This document shows positions 42,427-52,400 of a stretch of 64,000 bases of DNA, piece by piece (positions within the stretch are counted from its first letter, which is position 1; the number at the start of each line of letters is the position of its first letter). The position numbers were made by a program, and so were the translations under genes. The stretch is from the NCBI GenBank assembly GCA_030691545.1, contig JAUYEE010000115.1:3949-67948 (forward strand). The letters run 5' to 3'. The DNA is from a bacterium (GTDB taxonomy: Bacteria > Auribacterota > JABMQX01). The notes beneath the pieces are model-generated. The model was not told the DNA's origin, made no database searches, and worked only from the letters and a program-made list of their open reading frames with translations.

Positions 42427-42687
42427 CACGGAATCCGGCTGACCCGCCCCGGATGTCATCTGTAAGCCTTGATGAACCTCCGTACCCAACCCTATGCCTC
42501 TCCGAGACGCTCCTGACACCACTTGCGAAAACTATCTGAATCAGAGGGAACGTTGCCCTATTGCGAAGGTGTTATCAATTGAAGTCTTATGGCGGCAGGT
42601 GGACAAACCGAAACACTCGCTGCCCAGAAAATTCATGCGGCGGCGAGCATGAAACCTGCAATAACAAGAAGCCGGGGAGGAACTACC

Positions 42688-44565
42688 ATGCACAGGCCAC
42701 ATTTCTTCATACCGGTACTCTTAGCCGTATTTTTGTTGTCCGGCCCTACGCCGGCAACCCAGGTTACGCTTCAACCCATCAAGGATAACACCCTGTATCA
42801 AAGCGCGACCGGCTCCACAAGCAACGGAGCAGGGACCTACTTCTTCGTCGGCACAACAGCCGGGGGAAGCGTGCGGCGAGGGCTTTTGGCCTTTGACGTC
42901 GCCGGCAACGTCCCTGCTGGCGCCACCATCAGCAGCGTCACGCTGACTCTTCACATGTCCAGGACGGTCGCGCTGAATCAGACTGTCTCCCTCCACCGAG
43001 TTCTCGCCGAATGGGGAGAAGGAACTTCCAATGCCGGGGCCAACGAGGGGGGAGGCGCCCCAGCGACCACCGGCGACGCAACCTGGCTGCACCGTTTTTA
43101 CAACACAAGCTTCTGGACGACGCAGGGCGGCGATTTCGCCGCGACAGCCAGCGCCAGCGTGTCCGTCGGCGGCATCGCGTCCTACACCTGGAACTCCACG
43201 CCCCAGTTAGTGGCGGACGTGCAACTGTGGCTGGACTCGGGGTCGCAGAACTTCGGATGGCTTGTTCGCGGAAACGAATCAGCCAGTTCGACAGCCAAAC
43301 GATTTGATTCGAGCGAGAGTCTCAGCGCGACGTTTCGACCCGCACTCACGATTAACTTCTCGGGGGGCTCTTTCCCTCCGGTTATAACCTTGCGGGGTTC
43401 AAATCCGCTCACACTCCCAGTGGGGACTCCCTACGTGGAACCGGGGTACACCGCAACCGACAACGAGGATGGCGACCTAACCGCGAACGTCGTCGTGACG
43501 GGCTCCGTCAACCACAATGTTCTCGGGAGCTATGTCCTGCGCTACAACGTGACCGACTCCGGCGGGAATCCCGCTGTCGAGAAGACCCGGACAGTGAATG
43601 TCGTGGATACTACCGCGCCCGTCATCACCCTCGTGGGGGCGAACCCCGTGACCCTCGAGGTGGGGACCGCCTACGTGGAGCCGGGATACACCGCTACGGA
43701 CAATTACAACGGAAACATCACGGGGAGCGTCATAGTGACCGGCTCTGTGAATCACATGGTCTTGGGGAGTTATGTCCTGCGCTACAACGTGAGCGACTCC
43801 AGCGGCAATCCAGCCGTGGAAAGGACCCGGACAGTGAACGTGGTGGATACTACCGCGCCGGTCATCACCCTTGCGGGCGCGAACCCGATGACTCTCGATG
43901 TGGGGACCGCCTACGTCGAGCCGGGATACACGGCAACGGACAATTATGACGGAGACATCGCCGCGAATGTAGTCGTGACCGGCTCCGTGAACCACCCGGT
44001 CTTAGGCGCCTATGTCCTGCGCTACAACGTGAGCGACTCCAGCGGCAATCCAGCCGTCGAGAGAACCCGGACAGTGAATGTGGTGGATACTACCGCGCCG
44101 GTCATCACCCTTCTGGGCGAGAACCCGCTTGTACTCGTCGTGGGGACTCCCTACGTTGAGCCGGGATACACCGCTACGGACAACTATGACGGAGATATCA
44201 CCACGAATGTAGTCGTGAGCGGGTCAGTCAACCACGATGTTCCCGGTGCGTACACTCTGACCTACAACGTCTCCGATCTCGGTGGGATTCCCGCGGAAGA
44301 GAAGGCCCGGACGGTGATTGTCGTCGAGGAACCTGTCGTCCTCGAGGTAATCATAGCCAGCGACGGGACTCTCTCCTTGACCTGGAACGATTTAGGCGCC
44401 AACTTCGTGTACACGGTCGAATCGAGGACAGCGTTGCTCGACGGGGATTGGGCTCCGCTGCCTCCTGCAGATCAGTGGCCCACGGCGAGCACGAGTTGGG
44501 CAGGCATCTCCAGTACGAACGGGCAGATGCTCTTCTTGCGAGTAAAGGGCGAGCTGCTGCCCTGA
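42688..44565 (+). CDS. Secreted protein: DNRLRE domain, four DUF5011-like Ig repeats, conserved C-terminal domain
   Basis: KDNTLY...RRGLLAFD; four 80-aa repeats at 240-nt period (43441, 43681, 43921, 44161); GGAGG RBS. Confidence 0.92.
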   Translation: MHRPHFFIPVLLAVFLLSGPTPATQVTLQPIKDNTLYQSATGSTSNGAGTYFFVGTTAGGSVRRGLLAFDVAGNVPAGATISSVTLTLHMSRTVALNQTVSLHRVLAEWGEGTSNAGANEGGGAPATTGDATWLHRFYNTSFWTTQGGDFAATASASVSVGGIASYTWNSTPQLVADVQLWLDSGSQNFGWLVRGNESASSTAKRFDSSESLSATFRPALTINFSGGSFPPVITLRGSNPLTLPVGTPYVEPGYTATDNEDGDLTANVVVTGSVNHNVLGSYVLRYNVTDSGGNPAVEKTRTVNVVDTTAPVITLVGANPVTLEVGTAYVEPGYTATDNYNGNITGSVIVTGSVNHMVLGSYVLRYNVSDSSGNPAVERTRTVNVVDTTAPVITLAGANPMTLDVGTAYVEPGYTATDNYDGDIAANVVVTGSVNHPVLGAYVLRYNVSDSSGNPAVERTRTVNVVDTTAPVITLLGENPLVLVVGTPYVEPGYTATDNYDGDITTNVVVSGSVNHDVPGAYTLTYNVSDLGGIPAEEKARTVIVVEEPVVLEVIIASDGTLSLTWNDLGANFVYTVESRTALLDGDWAPLPPADQWPTASTSWAGISSTNGQMLFLRVKGELLP

Positions 44566-44648
44566 GCGACCGTGACATTACCGCAGACACGGAAGTACGA
44601 GACCGCAGAGGTCCCCGAGAGCAGGAGAGGCAAACACAGCAACACCAC

Positions 44649-44699
44649 ACAGGATTAACAGGATTTTCAGGATTATCCTGTCTATCCTGTTATCCTGTC
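44649..44699. repeat. Short-period inverted tandem repeat, 3x CAGGAT then 3x ATCCTG; possible bidirectional terminator
   Basis: ACAGGATTAACAGGATTTTCAGGATTATCCTGTCTATCCTGTTATCCTGTC between convergent genes. Confidence 0.7.
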
Positions 44700-44709
44700 C
44701 AAATCGCGG

Positions 44710-45978
44710 TTAGCCCTCCCCGCCACCGAGGCGTTGCGCCTGGAGGACGAGCTCCTGTGCTGGCACCCCGTACGGGCATCGCTCGGTGCATTGACCGCAC
44801 TTCGTGCACTGCTCGGCTTTTATTCGCGCGCGGCTGTACTCACTTTTCGCCCAGTCCGCAAGCCCGTAATGGCGAGCGTACAGCTCGAGCCGCAGAATGC
44901 GAGGGATTTCGATCTTGGCGGGGCATGGCAAACACCGGTTACAGAGCACGCAGTTCTCCTTCACAGACTCGTGAGCCTTTGGCCGCAGAGCCTTCTCCCG
45001 CTCCTCACTGAACCCCTTGAACCGGACCGCGGCTCCGATGCCGCTGGCAATATGCGACTCTTCTAAGAAGCCGACGGACAAACAGGAAACGTCCTGATAC
45101 AGCCCGAAGCCAATACAGTTCTCGAGCCTCTCCTCACGGCTGCGGCCAAGAGGCCCATCCAGCTCCGGTGTGGAAGACAAAAGCCGTCCGCGCCAGAGGG
45201 TTTTCATTCCCACGACTCCCACGTCCATCTTCTTCGCCGCCGGCACCACCACCTCGAGAAACTCTCGCCAGATGGGGTTCACGGGAACTTCAACAACCTC
45301 GATCTTACCCGTGTTGAGCATCCTGACCATAGCAGTCGGCGCCTGGTGGCCCGTCGCGGCGATGTGCCGGATTTTCCCCGCCTCCTTTGCCTTCTCCAGG
45401 TCGGGGAGGAGCTGCTGGATAAGCCGATCAGCCGTATCCTCGCTCATCCACGTCCCGTGCATACCGTACACGTCAATGTGGTCTGTGCCGAGTCTCTGGA
45501 GGCTCTCCTCCAGCATCTCGCGCGCTGAGTTCCCTCTCCCCAAGGGGCATCGCGAAAAGAGAATCAACTTGTCGCGTTTCCCCTTGATGGCCTGCCCGAA
45601 CGCCTTCTCAATATAACCCCTCCCGTAGATGTACGACACGTCTATGAAATTCAGCCCCAGCTCCATCGCCTCGTCGAGCATCTTCGCGATGGTCTTCTCC
45701 GGGACAGGCGTCGGCACTTCCTCAAAGAGCGGCGCCCCGCCGAACGCTAACTCGCTCACCATCAACCCGGTCTTGCCGAGGCGTCGCTTTCGGAGTTGCC
45801 GCGGACCGGCCGCCGGTTCCTCTTTCTCCGAAGCAGCGCGCAGCGAAAACCCCCTGAGTGAGACAATCGCCCCCACCGCCGCCGCGGTACTCCGCTTGAT
45901 GAACTGCCGGCGATGAACCAGCCCGTTCAGCGAGTCCTTCTTTCCTCTTCCTTGAGTGCTGCTGTCTTCGCGAACCAT
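44710..45978 (-). CDS. Aldo/keto reductase with C-terminal 4Fe-4S dicluster, Tat signal
   Basis: HRRQFIK, RLGKTGLMVS, SLQRLGTDHID, CVLCNRCLPCP, CTKCGQCTERCP. Confidence 0.92.
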   Translation of the reverse strand: MVREDSSTQGRGKKDSLNGLVHRRQFIKRSTAAAVGAIVSLRGFSLRAASEKEEPAAGPRQLRKRRLGKTGLMVSELAFGGAPLFEEVPTPVPEKTIAKMLDEAMELGLNFIDVSYIYGRGYIEKAFGQAIKGKRDKLILFSRCPLGRGNSAREMLEESLQRLGTDHIDVYGMHGTWMSEDTADRLIQQLLPDLEKAKEAGKIRHIAATGHQAPTAMVRMLNTGKIEVVEVPVNPIWREFLEVVVPAAKKMDVGVVGMKTLWRGRLLSSTPELDGPLGRSREERLENCIGFGLYQDVSCLSVGFLEESHIASGIGAAVRFKGFSEEREKALRPKAHESVKENCVLCNRCLPCPAKIEIPRILRLELYARHYGLADWAKSEYSRARIKAEQCTKCGQCTERCPYGVPAQELVLQAQRLGGGEG

Positions 45979-46011
45979 AACTCCTACTCCTTGGATGGCT
46001 TGTTCACGCTT

Positions 46012-46247
46012 ACCGCAGGCTTTCCTAATAACTGTCACAAACCTTTCACGGCGGTCCGAATCAGGACGACCCACCGTGAGCACTGTCGTCGGCTGCCGGG
46101 CTTCAGCCGGCATCCCCCGCCTAGCCACCGTCTTCAGGCGGTGGTATCAGGGTTGCGAAGCTTTCTGGCCGGAGCCGGCTTTAACCGGGCTTCTCGACCA
46201 GCGGATTCATCCAAAAATACGTCACCGAATTTGCGAAACGGAGCACC
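46012..46247. mobile_element. MITE-like element family A, copy 2
   Basis: Left end GCAGGCTTTCCTAATAACTGTCACA; right end reverse complement GTGCTCCGTTTCGCAAATTCGGTGACG; same REP core at ~46093-46212. Confidence 0.65.
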
Positions 46248-46269
46248 TTGTCCCGCGCACTCGCCTCGC

Positions 46270-47535
46270 CTACAGAACGATTGCCTCCTTCTCGCGGTCG
46301 AAGCGTGCGGCTGTCTGCTCGCGGAGGCTCAGAACGCCCATTTGCAGAGCCGTCTGAACGTGGTAGCCGAGGTCCTCGATGGGGCTCCACGGTTTCTCCC
46401 GCGTCCGGCAGCACTTCAAGAAATTACGCCAGTGCTCGAGAACATCCTCGCCCCGCTCGACAGCAACGAACTTCTCCTTCCGCTCCGCCCCTGGCTGGGG
46501 GCGAATGGCGATGTTGTTTCCCTCGAACGTGATTGTCCCCTCCCAGCCGCGAATCACCGGGCATCTGCCTCCGCTGCTACGATTCGCAATCCCAGGGTAA
46601 TCGTTGCCTTGCGTGCCGAGCACCGCAATGGTGATTTTCTCCGGGTAATCTATCAGCATATTGAACGTGTCCGGCACCTCGCGTTCTTCGTACCGGAACT
46701 TGCCTCCGGTGCCCACGACCAGGCTCGGAAACGTCACTCCAAGCATCTTGACCACGGGAGTGAGGGTATGCGGGAACAGGTCCGTCGAAGGGCCGCCTGC
46801 ATAATCCCAGTACATTCGCCAGCAGAAGAATCGGCTGACCGAGAACGGCCGCTCTGGCGCGTCGAAGAGAAACGCCTCCCAGTTCAGGTCTGGCCCCGGC
46901 TTGGCGTTCGGGTCGTCAATCGGCATTCCTCTCTCGCCCCAATCGCCGATCCGGAAGTAGCCGCACTCCGCGTGAATCGGCTGCCCGATGGCGCCCTCCT
47001 TGATCAACTGCGCCGCCTGATGCCAGGCCGTATCCGACATCCCTTGCGTTCCCGCCTGGACAACCCGCTTGCTCTTCTTCACCTCCTGGGACACCTTCTT
47101 GGTCAGCTCGAACTGCCGCCAGTGCGTGATAGGCTTTTCGCAATAGGCGTCCTTTCCCGCCTGTACCGCGTCAATCACCTGAAATCCGTGATGATGGTCC
47201 GGCGTGGCGATGCACACCGCGTCCACTCGCGTGTCCGCAAGAAGTTCGCGGTGATCCGAGTATCCTTTCACGCTTAACAGCCGCATTGCCGCCTCCAGCC
47301 GCGGGCGATACAGGTCCATAACCGCGACCGCTTCCACAGCATCCCCCGCCTGCCCCAACTGTTTCACGTACCCCATGTGCGCGTTCCCTCGCCCGCCGCA
47401 CCCGATAAACCCGACGCCTATTTTATCGTTTGCCCCCAGTGCGCGAGAAAACGACGCCGCAGTCAACGTCGCACCGACTGCCGCCCCTGCCGTCCTCCCC
47501 AAAAACTCCCTCCGATTCAGCCTCTCCTTGAGCAT
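46270..47535 (-). CDS. Gfo/Idh/MocA oxidoreductase, Tat signal
   Basis: LNRREFLG, GCGGRG, TPDHHH, CEKPI. Confidence 0.95.
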   Translation of the reverse strand: MLKERLNRREFLGRTAGAAVGATLTAASFSRALGANDKIGVGFIGCGGRGNAHMGYVKQLGQAGDAVEAVAVMDLYRPRLEAAMRLLSVKGYSDHRELLADTRVDAVCIATPDHHHGFQVIDAVQAGKDAYCEKPITHWRQFELTKKVSQEVKKSKRVVQAGTQGMSDTAWHQAAQLIKEGAIGQPIHAECGYFRIGDWGERGMPIDDPNAKPGPDLNWEAFLFDAPERPFSVSRFFCWRMYWDYAGGPSTDLFPHTLTPVVKMLGVTFPSLVVGTGGKFRYEEREVPDTFNMLIDYPEKITIAVLGTQGNDYPGIANRSSGGRCPVIRGWEGTITFEGNNIAIRPQPGAERKEKFVAVERGEDVLEHWRNFLKCCRTREKPWSPIEDLGYHVQTALQMGVLSLREQTAARFDREKEAIVL

Positions 47536-47884
47536 CGTCGTCCCTCCTCTCTGTGTCCTTCGTGTTCTTCGTGGTTTTCTCCGTTCCTCCACTCGCCCTG
47601 CTGCGCTCATCCGCGTCCATCTGCGGTTTCTTTCCTTCTATCCATTGGTTACCGTGAGAGAGTATGCCACGAGGCACGACGCAACCGCAATCAATCATTC
47701 CTCGGAACAAGCGGAGGGTAGGATTCAACCGATGTGCTGGGTCGGCAAGGAAGGAAGATGATGAGGGGCGAAGCAGGCTGTGCTGACATGGAGGCCCCTG
47801 GGTTTGCCCCGCCGTAGCAGCCCCCACGCACCAGCAACGACCATCCGGCGCGTGTTCCGTACCTCGGCACGACACCGGGCTCTA

Positions 47885-48120
47885 AGTGCAGGCTTTCGCA
47901 AATACGGTCACATACTGCATACGACGGTCTGGATCGCCACGACCCAGTCTAAAGGCCACCCCGCCTTGCCGGGCTTCAGCCGGCATCCTCATTTAGCCAC
48001 CGTCTTCAGGCGGCGGTATTAGAGTCGCGGGATCTCTACTCCGGAGACGGCTTTAGCCGGGCTTCTCGACCATCTGGATTCATTCGTGAATAGGTGACCG
48101 AATTTATGAGACACAGCACT
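47885..48120. mobile_element. MITE-like element family A, copy 3
   Basis: Left end AGTGCAGGCTTTCGCAAATACGGTCACATA; right end reverse complement AGTGCTGTGTCTCATAAATTCGGTCACCTA; TAA at both junctions. Confidence 0.7.
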
Positions 48121-49009
48121 AAGGCAACCAGATCTGAACGATAGAGCACGGCTCTGCGTACGCAATCATCGGGAAGTGCTCAAGCGCGAGAACCCAGGCC
48201 AATTCGTACCCTTCAGGAACGTACACAGTGCCATCTATCTCGTATTGCCACGAACTGCCCCACTGCGGCTCCAGGCCATCCATGGGCAGGAAAAACTCCT
48301 CAGCCGCTTGCGGCAATATTGGGGTGCTGAAAGTCACGACTATCCGGGGTGGATCGGACAGGGGCACCGGCTCCGCACTCTTGACAATTCCGCTGCCCTC
48401 TAATGCTTGCACGTGCTCGGAAACATCTCCCGAGACAACCTCGCACCAAATCCTTGAAACCTTGGGGAAGTAGGCTGAAAGGCGCACTCCGCCGGCCTCA
48501 AAAAGGGGCCTGATTTCCTCCTCTGTGGCATCCGCGTGGAAGCCGACGGACACAATTCCGGGCCGGAACGGTCCCCCGCCGAACGGGGAACTGAAACGCG
48601 GATGATGGTACAGCTCATCATTTCTGACGCTGTTTGCGAATGCCACATCCACAGGGAAAATGGGGTTCTCTGCCGGACGCGTGGCAACCCCCAATATTCT
48701 CACTGGCGCTGCTTCATCCGTTGCATGTCGCTTCACACGAAACATCGCCCATCCGACGTCCGGCATTTCGAGCGTCGCTTCGTGGCACAACCCGTCCTCA
48801 GACAGCCGAACATTCGCGGGAATAAACGCCCAAATTTTGTCCGGAGCCTCGCTTGTCTTGGCCAAAACAGTGTGCACGGCTGGCGGGCCGGGGTCAGTGA
48901 ACTTTATGACAAAAAGGCGGGATTCGGACGTGTCCTGACAAGGCGCAAGGTTACCCCCTCCTATTAGGATCACAAATGCGACACTGACAGCTAAAGCCGC
49001 TTTTCTCAT
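48119..49009 (-). CDS. Secreted hypothetical protein with S8 peptidase pro-domain-like C-terminal half
   Basis: Signal peptide MRKAALAVSVAFVILIG; PGIVSVGF...VPEGYE...PMIAYAEP. Confidence 0.7.
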   Translation of the reverse strand: MRKAALAVSVAFVILIGGGNLAPCQDTSESRLFVIKFTDPGPPAVHTVLAKTSEAPDKIWAFIPANVRLSEDGLCHEATLEMPDVGWAMFRVKRHATDEAAPVRILGVATRPAENPIFPVDVAFANSVRNDELYHHPRFSSPFGGGPFRPGIVSVGFHADATEEEIRPLFEAGGVRLSAYFPKVSRIWCEVVSGDVSEHVQALEGSGIVKSAEPVPLSDPPRIVVTFSTPILPQAAEEFFLPMDGLEPQWGSSWQYEIDGTVYVPEGYELAWVLALEHFPMIAYAEPCSIVQIWLP

Positions 49010-49190
49010 GGCTTTTCCCCTCCTGAGGCTGCACCAGTGTTTTCCTGAACTCCCCCACACTCCCGGAGAGTCAAGTTAATTGTCTCCCCCTGCCGCCCCT
49101 GCTTGTCAAGACTTTTTTTCACTTTTTTTCAGACGCGCAAACGGCCCCCTCTGCCGCCCTTTCATTGCCTCCGGCGCCGGGGTTGAAAAG

Positions 49191-49467
49191 GGGTGCGGCT
49201 ACGTTTGAGTGGGACATGCCGCGGGGATTTGCTTGTGACGGCGAGCGCTGAGTCCAGGTTCACTGGGGGGCGCATCCTTGTAACGCCGGCATCTTGCCGG
49301 CTGTGCCGGGGGCATCTTGCCCCCCGTTCCACTTCGTCACGGTGCAACAGGCTGCTTGCGATGCGAGGGCGCGACGCCCTCGCGACTGCCGCCGGGACGG
49401 CGGCGTTACTTCTGTCCTGGCGGGCCGCTGACAGGCTAAGGTCCATCACTCAGGCGTAGCCGCACCC
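49191..49467. mobile_element. MITE-like element family B, copy 1
   Basis: TIR GGGTGCGGCTACGTTTGAGTG vs reverse complement GGGTGCGGCTACGCCTGAGTG; internal REP-like palindromes. Confidence 0.7.
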
Positions 49468-49496
49468 TGCTCCACTCTCGCGCCGCTCACGGCAGG

Positions 49497-52400
49497 TCAG
49501 TACGCGATCAGGCGGTAGAAACGTTTCCTGCCGGGAGGAGCCTCGTCCGAGGTTCGCAGGATGCCTCCGGTCCCTGCCTGAGCGGAGCCCAGGGGAAGCC
49601 ACGCGCCGCCGAGTTCCTCGCAATACTCTACCGAATAGGTCTTGCCGGTAACCGAGGACCAGCTCAGGTTCACGCCGCCATCGGGGCTTATGGACAACTG
49701 AACGCCGAACAGCGACTCCTTATCCACGGGCGAGGCGCCGGTCAGATACTCGAAGCCGTTTGTCTGCCCGTCGCCATCGAAGTCGTCATTCGGCAGCACG
49801 TCGGCGACAGTCAAAATGAGGTCTGCGGCATTCGCGTCAACAATCTGCGTTTCCCAGAGGTCCGGCAGCTTATCGTTATCGCTGTCGGCAAGGGAATTGT
49901 CGAGGGCAAACGCTTCACTCGTTGCCGGGTAGTGAGCCTTCAGGGCAAGGGGGCGGATGCGCATTCGCAATCCCGCCTCTTTCCCGCCGCCGAGGTCCGC
50001 AATGGAGTCCCAGACGAAGGAATGCGCCTTGCCGTCCGCAGAAGTCGAAAGGTCGCGAGTGCTTTCGCTCGACCGCGCTCTTGCCGCCGGGTACCAGCTC
50101 TCGGCTCCATCAGCCGAATAATCTGCCGCGATAGAAGAAATCCTCGCCCGGGCGTTCCAGAGGGTGTAGTTCACCGTGACGAGACCGTTCTCACCGGCGA
50201 CCGGCGGAGAGGGTATCAGAGCAAACACGGTCTCCGGGTTCAACTCATCGGCGCCAATGTCCGGCTCCAGACGGCCGTACCCCTGCAACACCCTCGGCTC
50301 GCCGTCCAAGTCCGTTTCCGTCAAATCGTCCGGCGTCCCATCCCCAATGTCCACACAGGGAGAGTTCGGCAGGAGATGGTAGTCCCGCCCGATGGGTTTG
50401 ACAAACCGCGGGTCCGCGGAGAAATTGTGGTTTTCTCCGACGAAACTGCCGTCGCGAATATTGCAGTATCGGACGCTCGCTGTTCCCAGGATCGCCAGGT
50501 CCGAAAACGTGTTCCACAGCAGGCTGTTCACCAGGCTCACCGAGGATCCATATTCGCCGAAGATGCCGCCGCCCTCATCGGCGAGGTTATCCACGAAAGT
50601 GCAGTTGACGATGGTCAACCCACTCCGGTTGTTGCCTGCAATTGCCCCGCCCGAATATCCTGCGGAGTTCAGCGAAAACTGGCATCCCGTGACCATCGCC
50701 AGAGCCAGGTCAATGCAGCAGATTCCCCCGCCGAATCCCTCTGCGACATTCTCGCGGAATCGGCTTCTCTCGACCCGCAGCCGCGAGTTCTCGTGGCAGA
50801 ATATCCCTCCGCCGCTCTCGGCAGAATTGCCGGAAATCTCCGCCTCAACAATGAGAAGCGAGCAGCCGCTCTTGACGAAAACCCCGCCTCCCCATCCCTG
50901 GACGGCTTCGTTGCCGACGATAGTACACTTTGAAATCGTCGCGGAAGCGGCCTCACAGTATATCCCACCTCCCACACGGGAGCCGTTGCCGAAGTAATCG
51001 CCGACTCCGTTGCGGACGGTGAATCCCTCTACCGAGGAGCCGTTGCCCAGGAGCGCCACGACAGTTCCCTGTCCCAGCGCATCTATCGTCGTCTGCTCCG
51101 CTCCTGACCCGACAACGTGGACGCCCTCTCCAACGACCACTCGCTCGCGGTACAATCCCGGAGAAACAAGCACCACGTCGGAGGGTTTCGCCGCGTTAAC
51201 CCCTTCTTGAATGGTCGGGTAATCCTGCGGCACGCGAATCGGATTGATTTTCAGGGTCACCTCCACGAGCACGTGTTTCTCGGGCGCCTCAAGAGGAACA
51301 ACGTCAATCGTCGCGCCGTAGGTCCCGACGTCGAGGCCCAGCTTGTTCACCGAGACGGCAATGATGTCCTCCTCGCCCGCGTTCGTCCCGGTCACCGGGT
51401 CAACCATGAGCCAGCCGCAGTCCTCCAGCGCCTGCCAGGTCACCCGCGCGATTCCTCGCACTCGAATTGTGAACGACTGGCTCGGAGGATTGCTCCCTCC
51501 CCTCCGCGTGGAGAACGCGAGACTGGTCGGGTTGACCTCCAGCGTAATCTCCCGAGGGGCGATGTAAACGCTGAACTGCTTTTCGGCAGACGCGCGGGGC
51601 TGCTGGCTGTCCGTGACGCGGATGGTGAACGTGTACTCGCCCGGCTCCGTCGGCGTCCCGTTCAATTCCCCGGAGGGACCCATAATCAAACCGGGCGGGA
51701 GGGCGCCGGACGCAATGCTCCAGGAATACGGGAGCTTTCCGCCGCTGCCAGCGAAAACGAGAGCGAAAGGCTCACCGACCTTGCCGTCTGGCAACGGGCT
51801 TCCCGTCGCAATTTGTAACGGCGATTTGGGGATGATTGTGATGGACAACTGCCGTTCCGCAGTGTCCGCAGGCGACTGGCTATCCGCGACCCGCACTGTG
51901 AAGATGGAAGTCCCAATAGCGAGGTTCGTCGGTGTCCCGCTGATGACCCCGGACGCTTGATCGAGTCTCAACCCGTCCGGCAGCGCTCCCTGGGCGAGCG
52001 ACCAGGCGTACGGCAGGACCCCGCCTTTCGCTTCGAGGACTTGCCGGTAGAGCGTGCCTTCTTTTCCGCTCGGAAGAGAGGTCGTCGCTATCGTGAGGTC
52101 TGCCGGAGAAACGCGGACGGAAAATCCCGCGCGAACCGCATCCGCCGGTGACTGGCTATCATTGACCTCGATATCAAATGCGTAATCGCCGTGCTGCAAG
52201 GGCGTTCCGGACAGGGTCCCATCCGAAGAGAGAATCAGTCCACCAGGCAATGACCCTGATGCCACACGCCACGAGTACGGCGGTTTCCCTCCCCCGGCAG
52301 CGAAGTCGTACCGGTAGGATTCTCCCACCTTCGCCTCCGGCAGGGGGCTGCTGGACATAATCCGCAGCTCTTCAGCCGGGCGAATGGCGATGGACAACGT

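Noticed and set aside
40172-47277. Long plus-strand ORFs of 518 aa (40172-41728) and 454 aa (45913-47277)
   Set aside because: Antisense shadows of the GH2 and oxidoreductase genes
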